DNA of 64,000 nt from an uncultured Methylomirabilota bacterium. Its GTDB lineage: Bacteria > Methylomirabilota > Methylomirabilia > Methylomirabilales > 2-02-FULL-66-22. The first letter of the stretch is position 1; each line of letters starts with the position of its first letter. Below, piece by piece: positions 59,301-64,000 of this stretch. The DNA is taken from positions 864,001 through 928,000 of the forward strand of contig CAWJSJ010000005.1 of the NCBI GenBank assembly GCA_963845565.1. Direction: 5' to 3'. The notes beneath the pieces are model-generated. The model was not told the origin of the DNA, made no database searches, and saw nothing but the letters and a program-made list of their open reading frames with translations. A program made the position numbers and the translations under genes.

Positions 59301-60090
59301 GACCAACCTGATCCTGAATGCGGTGGACGCCATGCCCACCGGGGGGACGCTCTGCCTCGCGGCGGAGGTGATGAAGGCGGTGGAGTCCGCCTCCCAGCCG
59401 AGCCTGCCTGGTGTCGATCTGCCGTCGGAGGTCGAGCTCCAGGTGACGGACACCGGCATCGGGATGTCGGAGGAGGTCCGCCAGCGGATCTTCGACCCGT
59501 TCTTCACGACCAAGGGTGGGCGGGGAAGTGGATTGGGGCTCTCGCTGGCGTACGGGATCATGGAGCGGCACGGCGGACGCATCGAGGCGCGGAGCATTCC
59601 CGGTCGGGGCACGACCTTCACGCTTCGGTTCCGGACGGCGCCGAAAAAGGACGCGGCGGCGCCCCAGGAGCCCACCGAGCGACAACTGATTCCGCGGCGG
59701 CTTCTCGTCGTGGACGACGATCCCATGGTCCGGCAGACGATCGCCGGCCTCCTCCGTGCCTCGGGCCACCTGGTCACCGAGGCGGACGGGGGCGCCGCCG
59801 GGATCGCCCAGCTGGAGGAGACGTCGGTGGATCTGGTGTTCACCGACCTCGGCATGCCGGAGGTGACCGGCTGGGATGTGGCCCGGGCCGTCCGGGCGCG
59901 GCGCCCGGGCCTTCCCATCGTGCTCCTCACGGGGTGGGGAGAGCACGGGACGGGGGAGGCCCAACCGGCCGGCCTGGTGGACCGCATCCTGGGCAAGCCG
60001 GTCCGCCTCGAGGATTTGCTCGCCGTGGTCGACGAACTCACGACGGTCGAGCCGCCCGAAGGTTCGCGGGACGCCACGCCGGGGAACTGA
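56365..60090 (+). CDS. cytoplasmic hybrid histidine kinase (GAF-PAS-GAF-GAF-GAF-HisKA-HATPase-REC)
   Basis: four AIENA/AIEKA GAF ends, PAS (EHRI.RKDG..RWV), H box IAHDLNN, NLILNAVDAM, DTGIGM, FDPFFTTK, GLGL, REC VVDDD..TDLGMP..KP. Confidence 0.93.
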   Translation: MGSPTPAELLAEIAALRGRAGGLERHQRELTALLRAHEAITSSLDLEQSLRAIVDQASTIAGGSDTWLYVLDEERKTLRCRVSISMSREEMDGLVMQVGEGIAGRIALNRAPLAISDIRTHPHLWRPDLAAKHRHVSYLGLPIMRGDQVLGVLAFSNPEPRIYAEAEVAFLAVFARQAAITIENARLYEAARRELAERGRAEASLRESEERYRRITAAVSDYIYTVRVEPGGPVETWHGPGCVAVTGYASAEFAADPELWIRMVDEADRDAVRAQARRVQAGEETPPLEHRITRKDGAKRWVRNTPVLHRDAQGRVLSYDGLIRDVTERRLAEDALRSRTAQLEAVRAIGEEITRELDLQALLALIVRRATELIGARAGAILLWDAEAELLVPSAWHGFSDWQNQQRLRLGEGLVGTVAKRRTGMIVNDYRDWPDALRLTLEHSSITAALAEPLLHRDRLLGVIALSDEGTGRVFAKQDQETLALLAAHAVIAIENARLYAAAVRRGSELEALVSAVRSVTSGLELQEIFDRILAEAARMSGAPHVKVLLLDKAAGVLRIGARQGSSMPEGYALPLGVGSSGIVARTGKPLFMADAQHDPRTIFAEQDRDLGIVTYLGLPIKRGEEVLGVLTFNTTQPHRYTADEMAYLASFADQAAVAIENARLFREERERRMQLEAVRTINAEMTRELDLPALLRLFVGRAMELVRAAGCGVWLWDAELHLLAPHAWEGPDWITDVRLRLGEGVIGEAARRGEGVMVNDYVRSPLAHPLWVERTQTRAVIAEPLRYRDRLLGVIAANREGAGEPFRSEDLQALRLLADHAAIAIEKAQLFQELNQSYANLQKAQDDLIRAEKLRALGQMSAGIAHDLNNMLAAILGQVELLRLRARDSEVQEGLRTLETAATDGAHVVRRLQDFARQRGRSPLASIDLAEVVTEALEITRPRWRDEVQRQGRVIEVQVHLADLPPILGYAPEVREVLTNLILNAVDAMPTGGTLCLAAEVMKAVESASQPSLPGVDLPSEVELQVTDTGIGMSEEVRQRIFDPFFTTKGGRGSGLGLSLAYGIMERHGGRIEARSIPGRGTTFTLRFRTAPKKDAAAPQEPTERQLIPRRLLVVDDDPMVRQTIAGLLRASGHLVTEADGGAAGIAQLEETSVDLVFTDLGMPEVTGWDVARAVRARRPGLPIVLLTGWGEHGTGEAQPAGLVDRILGKPVRLEDLLAVVDELTTVEPPEGSRDATPGN

Positions 60091-60230
60091 GCGCCGGCCC
60101 GCGGGCGGCGTCCGGCGCTGCGGCAGGTGGCGTCGCCCGGTGTGGGCGTCTTGGCCTCGCCGCTTGCATTGTCCGTCCTCGCGTAGCACAATCACTCACG
60201 CTGAGTCCGATACCCAACATCCCGCGACCT

Positions 60231-62013
60231 GTGAGGCGTCCCATCCGTAGGTTGTTCCAGCACGTCCGGCCAATCCTCCGCCGGCATCGCCGGTTGCTCC
60301 TCCTCGGCATCGTGGCGCTTCTGGCCACGGATGTCGTGCACCTCTTGATCCCGTGGTTCACCCGACAGGCGATCGACAACCTGTCCCGCGAGCCGGGCGG
60401 GCGCTGGGGGCTGCTGGTGTTCCCCGGGCTGATCGCGCTGGCGGCGTGCGCCCAGGGGGTCTTCCGGTACTTCTGGCGTACCAACGTCTTCGGCTTCTCT
60501 CGCCATATCGAGTGGGATCTGCGGAACCAGCTCTTCGCCCACCTGCAGCGACTCCCACTGGCCTACTTCCAGCGGATGAAGACGGGTGAGCTGATGTCGC
60601 GGCTTACCAACGATCTGGCGTCGGTTCGGGAGATGCTGGGCATCGGCGCCGTGGCGGCGCTGGACGGAGCGGTCCTGATCCTGGCGGCGCTGCCCCTGAT
60701 GATCGGGATCGATCCCTGGCTCACCCTCTGGTCGCTCTGCGCGCTGCCCGGGATCACGGCGCTGGTGCTGGGGTTCGGGAATCGCATGCACCGGGGCTAC
60801 CGGGAGGTCCAGCAGCAGCTCGGGCAGCTCAGCATCTTCGTGCAGGAGAACCTGGGCGGCATCCGGGTGGTCCAGGCGCACGCTCAGGAAGAGAACCGGC
60901 AGGCCCGGTTCCGAGCGCTGAGCGCCGAGTACATGCGCAAGAATCTGGTTACAGCGCGGATGAGCGGCGCGCTCTGGCCGTTGATCGCGGTGTTCTCCGG
61001 CCTGGGGGGGGCGGTGGTCCTCTGGTTGGGTGGGAGGCAGGTGCTCCTGGGGACGCTGACGATCGGCCAGTTCGTCCAGTTCAACGGCTACCTGGCCATG
61101 CTGACCTGGCCGGTGATGGCCATCGGGTACGTCGTGAATCTGTACCAGCGCGGCTCGGCCGCGCTCCACAGACTGGTTGAGATCCTGGAGACGCCTGTCG
61201 CCGCCACGCACCTGACGCCCGACGACGGGTCACCGCGGCGGCTCGACGGGGCCATCGAATTCCGCGACCTGTCGTTTCGCTACGGTCCGGAAACGCCCTG
61301 GATCCTCCGGGAGATCCGGCTTCGCGTGCCGGCGGGGAGCTCGGTGGCCATCGTGGGAGAGGTCGGGGCGGGCAAGAGTACGCTGGTCCACCTGATCGCC
61401 CGGCTCTTCGAGGCGCCCGAGGGTGCGCTGTTTCTAGACGGGCGCGACATCCGCAGCATCCCTCTTTCCAGGTTACGCGCATCCATCGGGCTGGTGACGC
61501 AGGACATCTTTCTCTTCTCCGAGACCATCGGCGAGAACATCCTCTTCGGCCGCCCCGACGCCACGCTGCAGGACATGGAGGAGGCGGCCCGCATCGCGGG
61601 GCTCTTGCCCAGCGTCCAGGAATTCGCCGACCGGTTCGACACGCTGCTGGGCGAGCGCGGCGTCCGCCTGTCGGGCGGGCAAAAACAACGGACCGCGCTG
61701 GCCCGCGCGCTGATCGCGCGGCCGCCCATCCTGATCCTGGACGACGCCTTCTCCAGCGTGGACGTCCAGACGGAGGAAGCCATCCTGCGCGAGCTGCGAG
61801 CCGTCATGGTCGGGTCGGACGACCATCCTGATCTCGCACCGTATCTCCACGGTCAAGGATGCGGACCAGATCGTGTACCTGAAGGACGGCCGCATCGTCG
61901 AGCAAGGCACGCATCAGGAACTCCTGGCCCGCGAGGGGCATTATTGCCGCCTGTACCAGCGGCAGCTCCTGGCGAATGAGCTGGAGGCGCTGGCCGAGAG
62001 GGAGAACGGCTGA
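60231..62013 (+). CDS. ABC exporter permease/ATPase, first half of a heterodimer (apparent frameshift near 61812; start approximate)
   Basis: [53 protein letters not shown] in the shifted frame. Confidence 0.88.
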
Positions 62014-62015
62014 GC

Positions 62016-63794
62016 ATGCACGGACCGCACGTGCACCTCGATGACGAGGTGCTGGGGAAGGCCTACGACGCCCGCCTGGTCGCGCGGCTGCTGGGGTACT
62101 TCCAGGGCTACTGGCTCCTGGTGCTCCTCGCCTTCCTGTGCCTGGCGGGCTACACCGGCGCGCAGCTCTTGGGACCCTACCTGGTCAAGATCGCCATTGA
62201 CCGGTACGTGGCCGCGCGCGACCTGGCCGGCCTGGATCGGACCGCCCTGGTGTACGCCGCGGCGGTTCTCCTGGGGTTCGTCTGCCACTTCGGCCACTCG
62301 TTCACGACCCAGTACGTCGGCCAGCGGGTGATGCACGACATCCGACAGCAGCTCTTCGGCCACCTGGTGGCGCACGACCCGGCGTTCTTCGACAAGAACC
62401 CCGTGGGGCGGCTGATGACCCGGGTCATCAACGATGTGGAGAACCTGAACGAGCTGTTCAGCTCCGGCGTGGTGGCGTTCCTGGGCGACACGCTGATGAT
62501 CGTCGGGATCGGCGGCGCCATGTTCCTGCTCGACTGGCGGCTGGGCGTGCTGGGGTTGACCCTGCTGCCGGTCATGGCGTGGGCCACCAACGTGTACCGC
62601 CGGAAGGCCCGGGAGAATTATCGCGACAGCCGCAAGACACTGGCGCGGTTGAACGGCTACCTGAACGAACACATCTCGGGAATGGCCACCGTGCAGGCCT
62701 TCGGGCAAGAGCGGCGAGCGTTCCACCGCTTCCGGGACATCAACAGCCGGAACCGGGACGCCCTGCTGAAGAGCGTTCACTACAACGCCATCTTCTTCCC
62801 GCTGGTGGAAGTCTGCAGCGCCGTCACCGTGGGGCTGATCCTGTGGCAGGGCGGAGGGATGATCCTCGACCAGACGCTGCTGCCGGGTGTGGTCGTGGCC
62901 TTCATCCAGTACATCCACCGGATGTTCCAGCCGATCCGGGACCTGGCGGAGAAGTACAACATCTTCCAGGCGGCCATGGCCAGCAGCGAGCGGATCTTCC
63001 GGCTGCTGGACGAGCCGCCGAAGATCCTGACGCCGGTTCGGCCGGGGACGCCCTCGGCGGCGACGGGGTGCATCGAATTCCAGGACGTGTGGCTGTCCTA
63101 CCTGCCTGGCGAACCGGTGCTCCGCGGGATCTCGTTCCGCGTGGCGCCCGGCGAGAAGGTCGCGCTGGTCGGCCCGACGGGTCACGGCAAGACGTCCATC
63201 GTCTCGGCGCTCTGCCGGTTCTATGACGTGGAGCGCGGCCGGATCCTGGTGGACGGTCTGGACGTCCGCGAGTGGGACAAGACCGCGCTCCGCCGGCACC
63301 TGGGCCTGGTACTGCAGGACGCCTTTCTGTTCTCCGGCACCATCGGGGAAAATATCGGGCTGGGGAGCTCCCGGATCGCGCCGGAGCAGATCCAGGCGGC
63401 CGCCCGGCGCGTCCACGCGGACCGATTCATCGAGCGCCTCCCCGGCGGATACCAGGAGGAGGTCCAGGAGCGCGGCTCCACCTTGTCGCAAGGGGAACGA
63501 CAGCTCCTGTCCTTTGCCCGGGCGCTGGCCTTCGATCCCCGCATCCTCATCCTGGACGAGGCGACCAGCTCGGTGGACACGGAGACCGAGCGATTGATCC
63601 AGGAGGCCCTGCGAGCCCTGCTGGAGAACCGCACCGCCATCATCGTGGCCCACCGGTTGTCCACCATCCAGTTCGCTGATCGGATCCTGGTGATCCACAA
63701 GGGCCGGATCCGCGAGGAGGGGACCCATGCGGACCTCCTGGCCCAGCAGGGGGTGTACGCCCGGCTTCACCAGTTGCAGTATCAGCTCGGATAG
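62016..63794 (+). CDS. ABC exporter permease/ATPase, second half of the heterodimer
   Basis: PVGRLMTRV.NDV, GPTGHGKTS, LSQGERQL, ILDEATSSVD, AHRLST. Confidence 0.93.
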   Translation: MHGPHVHLDDEVLGKAYDARLVARLLGYFQGYWLLVLLAFLCLAGYTGAQLLGPYLVKIAIDRYVAARDLAGLDRTALVYAAAVLLGFVCHFGHSFTTQYVGQRVMHDIRQQLFGHLVAHDPAFFDKNPVGRLMTRVINDVENLNELFSSGVVAFLGDTLMIVGIGGAMFLLDWRLGVLGLTLLPVMAWATNVYRRKARENYRDSRKTLARLNGYLNEHISGMATVQAFGQERRAFHRFRDINSRNRDALLKSVHYNAIFFPLVEVCSAVTVGLILWQGGGMILDQTLLPGVVVAFIQYIHRMFQPIRDLAEKYNIFQAAMASSERIFRLLDEPPKILTPVRPGTPSAATGCIEFQDVWLSYLPGEPVLRGISFRVAPGEKVALVGPTGHGKTSIVSALCRFYDVERGRILVDGLDVREWDKTALRRHLGLVLQDAFLFSGTIGENIGLGSSRIAPEQIQAAARRVHADRFIERLPGGYQEEVQERGSTLSQGERQLLSFARALAFDPRILILDEATSSVDTETERLIQEALRALLENRTAIIVAHRLSTIQFADRILVIHKGRIREEGTHADLLAQQGVYARLHQLQYQLG

Positions 63795-63876
63795 GGCGAG
63801 AATTCGCGTCGGCGGAATGCGGTGCAGCCCCCAAGGAACGAGGTGCCGGGGGTGGATGCCGCGAGAGCGGGGAGCG

Positions 63877-63999
63877 CTACGATGCTGCCGGGTCCGTGGG
63901 TGGCCCGGCGGCGCATCGGCGGCAGACGGGCGGGTCGGTGCGGGCCAGGCAGCCGTGGTGGACCATCAGCCGACACTTGGAGCAGACGGGAAACGGCCG
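63877..63999 (-). CDS. 3' end of a Cys/His-rich zinc-finger-like protein (truncated by window edge)
   Basis: minus frame RPFPVCSKCRLMVHHGCLARTDPPVCRRCAAGPPTDPAAS*. Confidence 0.55.
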   Translation of the reverse strand, partial: RPFPVCSKCRLMVHHGCLARTDPPVCRRCAAGPPTDPAAS

Positions 64000-64000
64000 G

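Noticed and set aside
1..64000. Numerous long overlapping ORFs on alternative frames and strands (e.g. 6984..8858 -, 8140..10311 -, 57886..60195 -)
   Set aside because: Shadow ORFs expected at high GC; Arg/Pro/Gly-rich or antisense to well-supported genes, with no motifs.

Overview
High-GC bacterial chromosomal window, with no rRNA, tRNA, CRISPR array or intact transposase seen. From 1 to 12.6 kb lies a dcw cell-wall/division operon (murF-ddl-mraY-murD-ftsW-murG-murC-murB-ftsQ-ftsA-ftsZ). From 12.7 to 24 kb are accessory metabolic genes: URO-D-like enzyme, aldo/keto reductase, HAD hydrolase, mgsA, Cys/Met PLP enzyme, GNAT, nitrilase, methyltransferase and an SPL-like radical SAM gene with an SOS-box-like operator. 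From 24 to 35 kb, peptidoglycan-recycling genes (M20 peptidase, anmK, SIS protein, C26 peptidase, then nagZ and ampG) are split by a lower-GC type IV minor-pilin cassette that has a sigma54/IHF/enhancer promoter. From 35 to 47.5 kb are an aminotransferase, a receiver protein, a glycosyltransferase, a J-domain protein, a CitE-like lyase and a branched-chain-type ABC system with two Tat-type binding proteins and a LivM-LivG-LivF fusion. From 47.7 to 64 kb are DAHP synthase, an Fe-S protein, SPFH, pncA, rpe, PASTA, rsmB, fmt, Mut7-C, a multi-GAF hybrid kinase and an ABC exporter pair. The best non-annotated signals are: (1) a complete leader-peptide attenuator with a W-F-Y-F-C-F codon run upstream of DAHP synthase; (2) a four-copy modular MITE/REP-like family plus two other miniature IS-like elements; (3) a perfect 16S-complementary AAGGAGGTGAT about 70 nt upstream of both ABC binding-protein genes; (4) a possible MurQ-independent murein-recycling operon. 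Many genes carry frameshifts that look like long-read indel errors. All product calls come from motif recognition only; no database searches were run.
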